Positions 1 through 12,715 are shown, counted from the first letter of the stretch. The stretch: 53,629 nt of DNA from Catajapyx aquilonaris (GCA_000934665.2 JYFJ02002628.1:1-53629), one strand, 5' to 3'. The notes: generated from the letters alone by a model not told the origin. A program made the numbers and translations.

Positions 1-463
1 TAAGACGACAATCACCGGCAGTATCTACGCTGACCTACTAAAGTGACTGAGAGAAGCCATTGCTTCAAAACGACCCGGGAAGATGACCAGAAGTGTGCGT
101 CTGATCCACAACAATTCTTCAGTACACACCTGGCGCGTTGTTCAAGTTGCCATCAGAGACTGGGGCTTCATGGTGATGAATTATCCACCCTGCAGTCTGG
201 ACCTGGCCCAGAGTGACTTCGTCACCTAAAAAAGAACTTCTGGGACGTCATTTTGGCGCTGATAATGAATTGAAAATGGCGGCAGACCAGTGGATTGCAG
301 ACCAAACTTTGGAATTTTTTTCAGGTGGGATCGGATCACTTTCAGACAAATGACGCAAATGCATTGAGATGAAGGGAGATTACATCGATAAAAAATGACA
401 TTGTGAGAGTTGTAACACATGTCCTTCATACCTAGGTAGATAACTTTTTGACCCTCCCTCGTA
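1..463 (+). mobile_element. Decayed mariner transposase 3' half plus right TIR
   Basis: Frame 2 reads TITGSIYADLLK*LREAIASKRPGKMTRSVRLIHNNSSVHT...WGFMVMNYPPCSLDLAQSDF, then after frameshifts HLKKELLGRHF...KCIEMKGDYIDK. These are degenerate mariner HDNA/HPPYSPDLAPSDF and C-terminal motifs. The element ends in AACTTTTTGACCCTCCCTCG-TA. Confidence 0.9.
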
Positions 464-549
464 TCATATTTTCAAGTAGCCATGAAGATCTTGTAGATGC
501 CAGGATTGTTTTTGCAGGATCAGAAAGAGAAGTTGCAGCAATCCTGATA

Positions 550-1188
550 TACGAGGGTGAATCAAATGAAACTTGCTCGTGGCATCTGGAGAGGCTACTG
601 CTGAACGCAGAGACTTGAAACTTCTACCACAGCAAGATAATACTAATACCTTCTAAATGCATAGGTGTGAGATGGTGTGTGCCCTAGCCACATGAGCACA
701 TTGTTCTTCAATTTCTGATGGCCGAGGGCTGTAGAACCGCTGAAATCCATCAGAGGATACTTTGTACAGTGCCAGTTGCGTGGCAAAGACAAGTGTGCCA
801 GTGATTCTGAGATGGCAGACAATCGACAGCCGACCTTACCTGCCATCATTGCACGTGTAGATCAGCTGATAAGGGATGATTGCCAGTGAATTTGTCTTAC
901 TTGGATGCAATGGTCAACCTTAGTTATGGTACAGTGTTCATATTGTCCATTATCACCTGCAGTACTGCAAGATAATCAGAAATTGAAGAACAATGCACTG
1001 ATCCTGCTTGGGCTCGCTTGACACGGAGCATGCCATCTTTGATTGTTGTTGTTATGTGCGCGCAGGCTCTTACCTATGCATTGAGAAGGTATTGGTACTA
1101 TCTTGCTATGGTAGAAGTTTCAAGACTCTGCGTTGAGCAGTATCCTCTCCAGACACCACAAACAGGTTTCATTTGATTCACCCTAATA
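550..1188 (+). mobile_element. Internally deleted non-autonomous mariner element (MITE) with ~115 bp TIRs
   Basis: TACGAGGGTGAATCAAATGAAAC...ATGCATAGGT (550-666) is an imperfect inverted match to 1072-1188. The interior has mariner N-terminal remnants (ARVDQLIRDD; LSYGTV..IVHYHLQYCKI). Confidence 0.85.
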
Positions 1189-1814
1189 ATAAGGCATAAT
1201 ATATTAGCATCCAATGGAACAAGAAAAGGCTTCAAGGGTATGCAGTTCACTGTTACTAAAACCTTATCAGAGAATTAACTTATCTGGTCATATTGCCAGG
1301 TGGGAGATCCACCGAAGGACTTCAAGGTACAGGAACAGAATAAGTGAAGGGCAGGATTAGTAATTGCACAAGGCATTGATTTTACAGAAGTGGCTTTTAT
1401 TTTCATGCAGTGTTCAGTAAATTTCTAATTCAAGTTTTGCTTTTCGGAAATTCGTGTTTTTTTCTTAAATTTTTCCAAATATTTTCTAACCACGGTTGGT
1501 TGAATTTGTGACAAAACCCGTCGATAAGGAGGGGGATAATACTCTTCAACAGTAAGGTTAGGAAATCTGGTTTCAAAGTGAGAATTGGATAGCATGGGTA
1601 CATCATGCTTGGCTCATGACCTGACCAGAGTAGTGTCATTTGGAATTACCCACCTGTATCTGAATTACCTGAGTCCATTACCTAGCTTGATTTTAAAAAG
1701 TTGTTAACTTATATAGGAGAATTAATTTTGCACTTTGTCCATCCATTGATGTCATGGGTTAAAGTGGGTTTTCCAATAGATGTTTCAGAAATTATCAGCT
1801 AGTTTTGACACTAA

Positions 1815-1974
1815 AGGCCATTTCACAAAAAAATGTCGCGCGGCAAACGGCGCGACTTGCGGCAAATTTTTATTTATATTTATTGTTGCCAATTGTTGGC
1901 AACAATAAATAAAAATAAAAATTTGCCGTAAGTCGCGCCGTTTGCCGCGCGACATTTTTTTTGTGAAATGGCCT
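1815..1974. mobile_element. Hairpin MITE, PIF/Harbinger-like
   Basis: Near-perfect palindrome AGGCCATTTCAC...GTGAAATGGCCT, flanked by TAA at 1812-1814 and 1975-1977 (3 bp TWA TSD). Confidence 0.8.
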
Positions 1975-3170
1975 TAACACATACATTGAGTTGGCATTAA
2001 TACTCAACTTCTACCAGAATTCGCAAGGTTGAAATGTTAACATGGTCTTGACTCCCCCCACCCCACCCCTTGTCTTCACTGCCATTGTTTTTTTTGGTTT
2101 TTTTTGTTTTGTTTTTTGTTTTTTTTGTGCACTTTTTGTGTAACACCTTTACATTTGCCTCGTTTATTTGGGGAATTTCATATTTGCATTTTACCATCAA
2201 TTCATAACCTGAAGTGTATAGGGTACCATGGTTCATGCTTTTATTTCAAATCTTTTTTGACCGTATGTTTCACTAATAGAAACTGGATAAGGAAATAAGT
2301 TATTGAAGTACGTGATAAGTTCACCAGCAAGGTGATCCATACACAGGGTGTTCCAACTGCAGTGCTTTGCAATATTTTTTGCACTAAGCTGCAAATAATT
2401 ATTTTGAGATGTTATCAAATATTAAGCTAATATTAAGTTGCATAGACCCATCCACAGGACCCATCGTTTGTAACCCCAGCAAGGGGGTCTGGCCTGCAAA
2501 GAAATTCCTTTTATCATGGACATTTGATGCCAATTGGTCCAATGGGGCACATCCAATCAAAAATGATTTGTAATTAAGAGCTTAGATGGTTCCAATAAAC
2601 ACACTTGGTGGTGAAATGGTGCCAAAATATTTAAATATGCTGTACCAAGAGCCAATAGGATACCAATCTCTGGTGCCAATGACATGCCAGAATTTCGTTG
2701 GCACAGATTTACCACTGGTCTGTCAGTGTCTAACTGGTGCCGAAATAATACCGACATGTTTATGGATAACAAGTACTGATGATTTTGGTTGGTAATCAGT
2801 ACCTAACCGGTGCCTATACTTTGTCACCGATATTGGTGCCGAGTTTTCGTTACTATTATGGCATCTCACTGGTGCTGGAAAATTTGGTTTATTAAATAAG
2901 TTACACAAATGACACCAAAACAGCTTTGACACCTAGGTATCTTAATGTAGTCGCCATTTCGGCATGATTAGTCGCCAAAATCAGCATCCCATCGTCACGT
3001 GTGTTGGTTGGGTTCATTTAGGCCTAATATGATCAGCTAATACTTTTCATAACCACTTAAAATAACCATTCAAAAGTAACAGTTTAAAATAAGTAGCTTA
3101 ATGCCAAAAATTACTAACCACTATTGACATTTCAGTTGGAACACACTGTATTGCAGTATTGTCGTGCAAG

Positions 3171-4515
3171 TACTTGCCCAAACTCATAATTATTCAGTCA
3201 CCCCCCAAGAAATGGAGTGGTGGGGTCACCCCCCAGTCACTCCCTATACCAGTACATTGCTACCCCGATGAGCTTACCTGATCTCCCCCACTGAGGGTGG
3301 TTGGCCATGTTTGGCGCTAGAGTCAAGTGCCAGTACAGGTGGCGCCTTACCTAGCCGGCCAATTCTGAACCCTTTTGATCGACTCCAATTGGCTCATGTG
3401 GAGATCCATGTTGTGGCCCAAGGAGGCCAGCAAATCGGAGTCAACCAAAAGGGTTCCGAATTGCCCACTTGGTAAGGTGCCACCTGCACTGGCACTTGAC
3501 TCGAGCGCCGAACGTGGCCAACCCCCCTCGGTGGGGGAGATCAGGTAAGCTCACGTGAAAAGAGGGAGATTGACGGGGGGGCTGGGTGGGGTAATAAACA
3601 AGATGCGATAAAAATATTTCCATTACGATTATCTGGACTTCAGAATGGATAATTATAAATAGTAACAATAGAGCTAGGAGGTTACCAATGTTAGGGGTAT
3701 TTTTTACATTGTTGGAGTACAAAGTTAATTTGACAGTTAACAACTGAAATAAATACGATAATACCTTGGGCAGTGAATTTCTGTGAGGTCTGGTAAAGAT
3801 TGCTGCAACTACTTTTATTTCTTACTTAGGGATACCTGTACGTAAATTTTAAAAATGAACCTCAAGGCGTACACAAACCCTAAAACTGGATTGAAATGAA
3901 TTTTTAAAAAATTTACCGCGGAATTTTAAAACATTTATCAGATCTTCCAGATATGAAATTTTCTGTGCATTTTAAAATTAAGGAGCATTTAAAGCCATTT
4001 TACATTAATTGAATTTAAAATTTTTATCATAGCACATTGGACTGAGTTCTAAATAATACTATCACATTTTAATTTATTAATAAATAACACCATAAAATGT
4101 GGTACAGCAAAGTGGATCAATTTCTGAAAAAATCCACTAGCCATAAATATTTTTTAATTCCATGGTAGATTTTTTGTAATGAATTTCAATACACTTTTTG
4201 GGTTTGTGTGGCCCCTGAGGTTCATTGTCAACATTTACATCCCAATAAGTAAGAAAAATTAATGTAGTGGCATAAATGTTTATCAAACCTCACAGAAAAT
4301 CACTGTCCAAGGTATAATCGTATTTATTGGAGTAATGTTGTTAACTGTACAATTAACTTTAACTTCGGTATCCTCCTAGCTCAATTGTTACTATTCATAA
4401 TTATCCATTCTGATGTCCAGATAATCTTAATGGAAACTTTCTATCACACCTTGTTTATAACCCAACCACTCCATTTCTTGTGGGGTGGTCGAATAATTAT
4501 GAGTTTGGGCAAGTA
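3171..4515. mobile_element. Foldback MITE with long imperfect TIRs, TA-flanked
   Basis: TACTTGCCCAAACTCATAATTATTC at 3171 is the reverse complement of 4491-4515. The arms continue as ~3590-3885 versus ~4195-4465. Confidence 0.8.
3227..3584. mobile_element. hAT-type hairpin MITE nested in the left arm of the 3171-4515 element
   Basis: CA...TG termini, internal inverted repeat (~3270-3395 / ~3428-3553) and an exact 8 bp TSD GGTGGGGT (3219-3226, 3585-3592). The host's right arm shows the empty site. Confidence 0.8.
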
Positions 4516-5275
4516 GTACCAGAGCAGCTTTAATTTGAGTTCAGTGAAAACCTTATTTTATGATAACTGAAAAATTATTATTATTACTTATTTCATGTGA
4601 AAGGTACTTGGAGCATTTGAGACTTAAGGTGCTTCTGTAGGTCACAAGGCAGTGGAATTATGGAGCCTTAAAAAACCTCCGTGTCAGAATTTTAGTTGTA
4701 AAGAGGGTAAATATAGGAAAAAATGCAAAGTAAAACTTGTATCAGCAATAAGAAAATAGGCATAAACATGATCTCTTGACTCTTAGGAGGATATCATGGT
4801 AAGCAATAAGCATTTAATATTTTTTTTTGGTTTTTGAAGAGAGGAAAAAAACGCAATGTGTGCTTATCATGAATGTGGCAACTGATTGCAAAACTCAAAT
4901 GATCCGTTACATTTTTAAAAATGCACATTTTAAAAACCCGAGGGACTCTCTTGACTCTACACTACATTTACCCAGGAATGTTAATTCAGATGCAGAGCAG
5001 AAAACTGTATCAGCAGCAAAAGGAGTAATTTGTGTTATGAAAAGGATTTTCAATATTGCTGTGTAAGCACTGATGTCTGAGCACAAGGATTAATTTGCTG
5101 ACTCTTGTTATGCATAGGAGTGCGGAATTGAAAATGTATTGTCAGAGAACAGTTTGATGGCCAATTTGCCACTTTTACCAGTGACTTCTTATTGATTTAC
5201 TGTTCATAGTGTCCCTGAAAAGACAATGTAGGATTTAAACCTGGTTGCACTGCTAAGAGTATATCCAGGGATTAA

Positions 5276-5390
5276 GGCCCGATTTCTCGAACAGTGGTTC
5301 AAATGTAAACCCAGTTCGGAGTCTCTGAACTGGGTTTAAACCGGACTTGAACCAGGTTTACATTTGAACCACTGTTCGAGAAATCGGGCC
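5276..5390. mobile_element. PIF/Harbinger-like MITE
   Basis: TIR GGCCCGATTTCTCGAACAGTGGTTCAAATGTAAACC, with TAA TSD at 5273-5275 and 5391-5393. Confidence 0.85.
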
Positions 5391-5503
5391 TAAGCTGTCA
5401 AAATATTTTTTGTCGCTTTTCGGATAATTTGCACCTAAACGTTGTAGCCAAATCAGAAAAGTAGTAGCCAAAGCCTAAATGGATCTCAAGTATATGGATA
5501 TCT

Positions 5504-5794
5504 ACCGAAGCAGTGGTGGCGGAGGGGATATGGTATCCGACTGCTAATCGGGAGGTCCTGGGTTTGATCCCCGGGGCCGGCAACCCTAACCATGGTTTTC
5601 TGTGGTTTCCCACGGTCCCTCCAGGTAAATGCCGGGGTTGTTTCCTAAAATAATAGGCCACAGCCGCTTCCTTCCGTCCCTATCCTAACCCCAAAAGCGA
5701 AGTAAAAATGCAAAGAAAGAGTTCCAGCCGAAACAAAAACTCCCCCCCTAAAGAGCCGCCGGCTGACAACGGGGTATGACATTATTATTATTAT
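5504..5794 (+). mobile_element. tRNA-derived SINE (family 1)
   Basis: A-box and B-box head (TGGCGGAGGGG; GGTTTGATCCC), body GGTTTTCTGTGGTTTCCC...GGCCACAGCCGCTTCCTTCC, (ATT)n tail and a 13 bp TSD TATAT(G/T)GATATCT. Same family as 30602-30913. Confidence 0.85.
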
Positions 5795-7168
5795 TATATT
5801 GATATCTGAAATGAAGTTAAAAGCCACTACGCAAAAATTAATTTGGCCAGATCATACCCCGAGGTACTACTGTCTGAGTAGGCTCTGAATTAGTACGGAA
5901 GTATTCCTTTGCCACAGCGATGGGCATAATTAATTTTGAATTGAATTGATTCCATTCAGTTAATTTTGCTTGAAGCTGTTATTTTTGTGTAGCTTGTTGT
6001 GCCCCTATCCAGGTGCCCTATTCTACAGAAACTGCTACTTTTGACAACCTGCCAATAATGGGGCACCTGGACTATTCGCCACTAGAGGGATACAGGATTT
6101 TGTGATTACTTCATATAAAATCGACTCTGACTTGAAATTTAACGCTTGTGGTCCATTTTCTACCAAAGCTGACCACATATGTACTTAGAATCAGAGATCT
6201 CGGGAGCACAATAACATGCACATTATTTTTTGTTTCGGGCTTTTCTGCGTTTTTCTAGCTAAATCGGGGGTTTCGTTGCCTTTCGGGAAAAAGGTGAGCA
6301 GCAGCTTAATCCCTGATATATCATAGCTCAAGAGTTTCTCATTGTTGTTTATGGTTTGGTGTATCATTACCAATAATCAATAATGCTGAGAACAAACTCT
6401 CAGTTGATGGTCTCTTTAGTGGTGCAACCTGGCCTTAAGGAATCAGTATTTTTATTGTTACATACAGTTCTGATTTATATGGCCATTTAAGTTAATGATT
6501 TATTGCGTAATCTACTTACTTTTAAGCAGTGATTTTTGAATATTATTATTAGGGAACTAGTAAAAGCATAATATATTCACTAATAATATGGTGAAGGGAT
6601 TTTGTCTAATACTTTTCTTCCCACGTCAGAGAGGTCTGCAAGAATTAGGTTTAACTCTTTACTTTGGATGTGATTGTGTTCCAATGGGCCATTCCAATGC
6701 CTTGAGCTGAACTGTGTTACTGCATAGTGATAAGTAGCTTAGTTCCTAAAAATCACTAGCTGAAATGGCCACTTCTATTGGAACAACACTCCAACCAACC
6801 ATAGTATTTCTTGTAAAGGACTGGAATGATGACATGCAATTATGACTTTATCTGTTATTATTATTAATATTATAATGTAGTGGGGGGCATTTGAAAGTTT
6901 TGACTCATTATTTTTGTATCATAGGACCTAGTGACTCTGTTTGTATTCACAATTGATGGGGGAATGTTGGTACTTCTGGGGCTAGCAGGTGCTGGGACAT
7001 GCTGAAGCTGAAGGTTAGCATGCAGTTAGCATGCATTTTTATAGTTGCAATGACATATTGGGATGGTCATGCAAAATGGGAGGTGACAGATAGCAGGTAG
7101 TAGCCAGGGATGAGGCCTGGGTACCTTCCTCCATCCTTTCTTGCCTCTGTTTACCTTCTCCATTGCAG

Positions 7169-7243
7169 GCTAAGAATTATCATTACATTAGTATGATAGA
7201 CATGAGCAGGGGTGATTATGTGGCAGCTGCCACATGCAACTGA
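7169..7243 (+). CDS. Putative alternative terminal exon of upstream gene 1 (AKNYHYISMIDMSRGDYVAAATCN*)
   Basis: A long polypyrimidine tract ends TTCTCCATTGCAG at 7168. A phase-0 frame is open to TGA at 7241-7243, and AATAAA follows at ~7633. No transcript evidence. Confidence 0.4.
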   Translation, partial: AKNYHYISMIDMSRGDYVAAATCN

Positions 7244-8258
7244 GACTGTGAAGTGACAATACATTGTCAATCATAGTGCCATTGACACTTGGAACATTTT
7301 CTGTAGTGGACACAGAACCAGACCATCTCAATTTGGCCAATCCTTGGTTAACCATAGCCTGCTATTCATGCTGTCCGCTCAGGGATATATTACATATGAG
7401 TTTTTTGTGCAGTGCTTGCTCATTATGCTAAGAGTCCAAAACATCTGTCACTTTCCATCTTCCATGACTCTGTATTTGGCCTTGCAACTGTCTATAAATA
7501 TGCACTCAGACTGTTGCACGTCTTTGGGTTTAGACCGGTTTAGACTGTCCTGTGAACTGAGAGCCCCCTTGGATACTGACACACCTTCATTGCTTTGGGG
7601 AAGCAATACATGAGCTAGAGCCTCTGCAGTGAAATAAAGTGTCGAGATATTTTAAATACCTACTCATACAGTTGGTATGAGTTTTTTCAAGCGTTATTTT
7701 TATGTTAGCATGTAATTGTGAGTTGTTGTTGGTTACCATATTTTCATTTTGCAATCTTTTTCTTTGCCTCTTTCAGCATGTGAAATCTTTTATTTCTTTT
7801 ATTGTGGGATGTATATGACCTGTACAAGTTGGCTGTTTGCCATATTTTTGAAAGCTGAAGGTATTGTTTGACAGCTGCAAAAAAAATTCAGCCAGTGAGG
7901 ATACAGGACGGATGGGATAGGGTCAGTGGAATTCTCCAACATAGGTAGGGGCAAGGTCATGCTAAGAATTTGGGTGTGAAAATTTTGAAATTTTTAATCT
8001 TATTTTGTCGTTGAGTTTTATTTTTAAAAGGCTTACTTTAATGTTTATTCTATAACTGACTCTGTGTTCAAGGGCAATAAAGATGATGGTTTTGAGGGTT
8101 GTAATTTTGAATGATTTTACTGCGAGCAGCAGGAGAAAAAATGACTTCTAGCTTTCTTGTCCTCCTGTATCACTGGTTATTTCATGGCAAGTGACCAACT
8201 TGTATTTGTTTTTGTTATGATTTTCCCTAGAATCCATAGCCAGGGTAACTGTAGGTTT

Positions 8259-8441
8259 GGGCAGTTCTGCCGTCAGCTGTAAGAAGACCGTAACTCAAAA
8301 ACTAGTAAGGGCGACAGTCGCATGCATGCCGTGCACTAATCCACCCTGGCTCAGAGGGGATTAGTGCAGGGCGTGCATGCGACTTTCGCCCTTAGTGGTT
8401 TTCGAGTTACGGTCTTCTTACATCTGACGGCAGAGTTGCCC
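8259..8441. mobile_element. Hairpin MITE with GGGC termini (Harbinger-like)
   Basis: Imperfect inverted arms of ~80 bp, GGGCAGTTCTGCCGTCAG...CTGACGGCAGAGTTGCCC. TSD not clean. Confidence 0.7.
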
Positions 8442-8929
8442 TTGGTCACTATGTTGTGTAATAGGTAAAGGGCTACTGTTGAAACAAGATAGTTATCTTG
8501 GCTATGTATTTGTGGTCCTTATATTTACTTTTGAGGGTCTTGGGATGATCTGACCACTGCAATCATTGACCAGTGTCATTGGTTGCCTCACCTTCAATTT
8601 TGTCAGTGAGTTACAGACCGGTACCTCATGGAAAATACCATTTAATGGGCTTTTGAATGGTACATATTATGTGATTCCACTGACTATTTGAAGGTGAGAT
8701 CACAGGGGCAAGTGGAAATTAACTTCTAGATTTTTGCATATGTGAGCGAACTTATAAAACACACATTATACCATAGGAGGAAATACATTTTGTGTCAGAA
8801 TTTCACCTACGGGAATGTGAAGAGAAGGACTTCAGAGTTTAAGCCAAGCGTATTGCTTTTGTTTTTATTTTCGTTTGGGGAAGTAAGCTCTTACTGACTT
8901 TGACTCAAAATAAAGATGGCTCCTGAATT

Positions 8930-9005
8930 GAAGGGCTCGGGAGTAAACAATGGTAAGGGATATGTAAAACCCATACCCTTACCATTGTTTACTCCCGAGC
9001 CCTTC
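8930..9005. mobile_element. Tiny hairpin element with GAAG...CTTC termini and AATT flanks (possibly Sola-like)
   Basis: Perfect 30 bp arms GAAGGGCTCGGGAGTAAACAATGGTAAGGG, a 16 nt loop, and AATT on both sides. Confidence 0.55.
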
Positions 9006-10170
9006 AATTGTTAGATTTTCAGTTGTATGGTCAAGTTAGTGGAGACCAAAAATGATACATACCTTTGTATATTTTCTTCTGTTGTCTGATATAATTGTTT
9101 GGGCACACCTACAGTCATACAATTGCAAAACACTTGCATTTTTAGGTATGAAAGGGTTAGGGCATGTTTATGGTACTAATGAAGCAACTGGTCAGTGGGT
9201 GTAGTCTTCAGGAAGTACCGGTAATTTTCTCAATGACCCTGATTTTTCTGCTAACTTGTCTCAATATGATTTCACAACCATTACCTCTGAAGATAGTAAT
9301 GTAAACTGGCAAAATCATAATTTTAGTTTAATTTGCCACGTATTCACCATGTGTGATTCAGTGTTCAGGTTCCACTTCTTTTTGGGTGCATGTACTGCAA
9401 TGAGCATGTGCAGATACCTACAGTGCATCAGCATTCTATGTTCATATGAAAAACTTGCATAAATTGTGGGCAACATTAACTTTGTATGTCTGTGATTTTG
9501 TCAGTTTTCATTATGTGGACCATGTTGCATTAAAAGAATGCGCATCCTTGGATAACCTGAAAGTAACAAACAGCAAGTTCCCCACCACATGTGACGTTCA
9601 CTGACTTAAGTGGTTGAAAGTTGTTCATTAATTACATGATACCTAGTGTAACAGCCAAACCTACCCTTGTTGTACCCCTGCTGACAGGTCTCAGCTGATT
9701 CCCTGACATTGGCACCTTGCATGCTTAAGCATTTGTGGTTAACTTTTTTGCTTTTGAAAATGTCATTTCTGTGGTGCAACTGATTTCCGCATTTATTTCC
9801 CACCCTGTTTCTTGTTCCAGCTTTTATGCAACATGGTCAATTTTTACCGACCCTATCCACTTTTCCTGATCTAACTTAATGATTTACAAACAGCTGAACT
9901 ACTGAAAGTTATCACTAGACTTTACTATTCTAGTTGTGTAGATCACAGTCATGATGATGTTAACCAGTGCAGAGAGAAATTCCTGACTTCAAGCACTAGG
10001 ATTGACTGATTAGGATCATATGACAAACAATTGGTGCAGCCAGTGGCAAGTGAAGCAATTATTATGTTATGAACCAAGTTATTATGTCAAGTCTATTGGT
10101 AACATTTCAGTGGGCCTGCTGTGTGTCTTGGCAATACTGTATCAACATTTTTCAATTTTCTCATATGTAG

Positions 10171-10828
10171 ACCTCGAGATTCACTGTGACCAGAGTGGAA
10201 CCCGAGTCTTCAGCCCCTTCAATTGAAGTGTCATCACCACTTCCCCAACTTGTAATGAGCTCCCCAAGCAGCGTGGTCAAAGGATTTGATGTTGCTACCA
10301 TCACCACAGTCGCTGCCAGTGAAACTATCGTCGCCAGTGTTCCTGCCTGTGACACTGCCAATGATGCAGACACAGAGGAGTGTGATGAACTGGAGCCTAA
10401 CTTAGAAAAGGGTGGAGTTGAGGTTGGTCTAGCTTTGAGGGGTGGAGGTTACTTTGAGGAAGAAAGTAGGAAGATTTCTGACTCCAGCTTGAGCCCAACC
10501 TCGACTCTGATACTGTCAGTGGTAGCCAGACTAGAGGAGGGGGGAGTGGGAGGGTGTAAGGACGTGGGATGTAGCAGTAAGGACGGGGTGTGCAAAAATG
10601 AGAAAGGGGACTGTGAGAAACTAGGGAGTGGAGCGCGAGGTGATGAGTGGCACCTACAGAGATTGGGTGGGAAAGGTGGGGAGTGTGATTTGAGCTGTGT
10701 AGGAGGAAGTGAGGAGGAAATGAACAGTGTGGGTTTGGGGGATGGAGAAGAGGAAGATGATGAAGATGGGGAAGGGGAAGGGGAGGAGGAGGAAGAGGAT
10801 GAAGAAGAGGAGGATGGCAGTCATGGAG
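10171..10828 (+). CDS. Internal coding exon of unidentified gene 1: disordered Ser/Gly/acidic region beginning TSRFTVTRVEPE (RFxV motif)
   Basis: Acceptor TTTTCTCATATGTAG ends at 10170. The frame is open for 658 nt (phase 0 to 1) and includes an E/D tract. Donor GAG|GTATGT at 10829. Splices in frame to 12716. Confidence 0.8.
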
Positions 10829-10872
10829 GTATGTATGATCTTTGAAGGTTACATTTTATGGTTACTTCATAT

Positions 10873-11440
10873 GAGGAGGCAGAGTGGCACTGCGGCAGCG
10901 TACACACCCATGGATGGAAGGGTCATAGGTTCGATGTTCGATCCCAAGCCTGCACCTTTCCCCTTCATCTCTTTCCAGGTTTCATCTTGGGTGGGATTTC
11001 TGTTAAACCCAGGGGCAAAAGCACAAAATGACCTCTTAAAGCAGCATTTCTCAACCAGGGTTCTGTGAGCAATCGCCAGGGGTTCCGCGAGAAATGGTGA
11101 TGAATAGGCTAATCTGTATACAGGGTGTAAATGAAATAGTGCACGTTTTTTGCGAAATGATAAGAGTGACTTGGAAGAAATTTTTTGCCAATTCACTTGG
11201 TGCTACAGATGCGTCATTAAGTCAGAAAACGAGATATAATAGTTTTTAGGTGGGGTTCCCTGAGACATGAATATTATTTCAAGGGTTCCACAATGGTAAA
11301 AAGGTTAAGAAATGCTGCCTTAAAGCCTTGGGACTTGCACCTTGTACCACCCTTCCTGGTCACCTTACCCACCTGCCTGTGCACCTGGGTGCTTTGCTAA
11401 AAGGTTGCCTTTGCAGACCTACAAGAACTAATAAAGGTGA
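10873..11440 (+). mobile_element. Decayed tRNA-derived SINE (family 3) interrupted by an hAT MITE
   Basis: Head GAGTGGCACTGCGG...GGTTCGAT. Body motifs TTGCACCTTG...GTCACC and AATAAAGGT are shared with the SINE at 53337-53620. Confidence 0.55.
11042..11317. mobile_element. hAT (Charlie/Buster-type) MITE
   Basis: TIRs CAGCATTTCTCAACC / GGTTAAGAAATGCTG, GGGTTCC subterminal repeats and an 8 bp TSD TCTTAAAG/CCTTAAAG. Confidence 0.85.
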
Positions 11441-11959
11441 ATGCATACCCCTTGATGAGATCAGCACTACCCAACTCGTATTATTATTTGTCACTGCATA
11501 TTAGGAAATGAGGTTTTATGGAGCATCTATCTTGAAATTGCAGGGGAAGTGTGTGGAAAAGTTGCCACTATAAGCAATCACAAAAGAAGCTGCAGTCAGA
11601 AATGCATATAAATGAGGACTTGGCAGCCTAAAGCTTCTCGAAACCTCATTCCAAGAAAAAGCCACTTTTGTAGTTTCGATTTGTATAGCTGTTAAAATAT
11701 TATTCCCAAATTTACTCTTCTTGTTTTGGAGCCAAGATAACTCATTTTGACCAGTTTTTGGCTCATTAGGTGTGCCAGCTCAAAAGCGACAAAAATGAAG
11801 ATCGCCCCTTTTGGCTGCCACCTCCTCAAATATCCCTACAAGAATAATTATGTGCAAATTACTTGTATGACATCTGTATCTTATTTTTTATTTCCATTTA
11901 AGATTTTTGGTTCATGGGTACTTGATAGGGTGTCGACTAGAAAAGGGGAAGTTATAATT

Positions 11960-12212
11960 GAAGACGTCAGTTGCCAATGGGCTGAAGTCCACACTTTTCG
12001 GAAAGCCGTTTTATTGCGGATTCCTACTCTTGGAGTTGGGCCTCACAGTCCTCTGGTGAAGACGAAGGGCCCAGGTCAACCAGAACTGCCTTAAAATTAA
12101 ATCATAAACTGCGAAACTCCATACATGGAGCAATTACTCATACAAGCGGTTTTTTGTTTCTCCTGAAAACTTTCACCTCCTGGATTTGGGCTTTTTGGCA
12201 ACTGACATCTTC
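11960..12212. mobile_element. MITE with GAAG...CTTC termini and AATT flanks
   Basis: AATT-GAAGACGTCAGTTGCCAA ... TTGGCAACTGACATCTTC-AATT. Confidence 0.65.
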
Positions 12213-12715
12213 AATTGCACACTGGGAGTCTCAAGCTGAGATGTTGGAATGAGAATGTTGCAAGTCTGTGATTTTTTTGAGGTTTCAAGTGGCCAAAGAA
12301 GGCACTAGTACTTACCAATTTTATTTCATTTTTATGACATTAGTAGATGACTTCCAATCTTTTGGGTTACGTATTGTTCACTAACACTGATATTTAATGA
12401 CCTTGATGAGGTGTCCCATCATTTTACTCCGGATGATAGCTTGTCACACATAATAAGGAGTATTTCATAATCCTCACCTTTTGTTGAATATTAGCTCTTA
12501 CAGCTCTTGTTAGTGAACAATGCAGCTACTTCAAAAATTGGGACCAAATGCCGGTTATATTTAAAATTATCGTAGTTGATAGTGCCATCCTGGCAATTTG
12601 TAATTTGTAAATATTGCACATTTGAAACACACTATACCCAGCTTGGAAATGAAATTGAAGGAAATCAAATGATGAAGTGATCAGCTGTCATTGACCTATG
12701 ATATATTTTTTTAAG

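Noticed and set aside
520..1350. Possible small exons of gene 1 after TTTTTGCAG (519) and TTGCCAG (1299)
   Set aside because: No convincing donor/frame pairing or recognisable protein sequence.
6925..7005. Third phase-0 terminal exon candidate (DLVTLFVFTIDGGMLVLLGLAGAGTC*)
   Set aside because: Weak acceptor and a short frame that could arise by chance; no independent support.
10186..10845. 219 aa ORF as a standalone gene
   Set aside because: It starts at GTG inside an exon bounded by AG (10170) and GT (10829). It is an internal exon.
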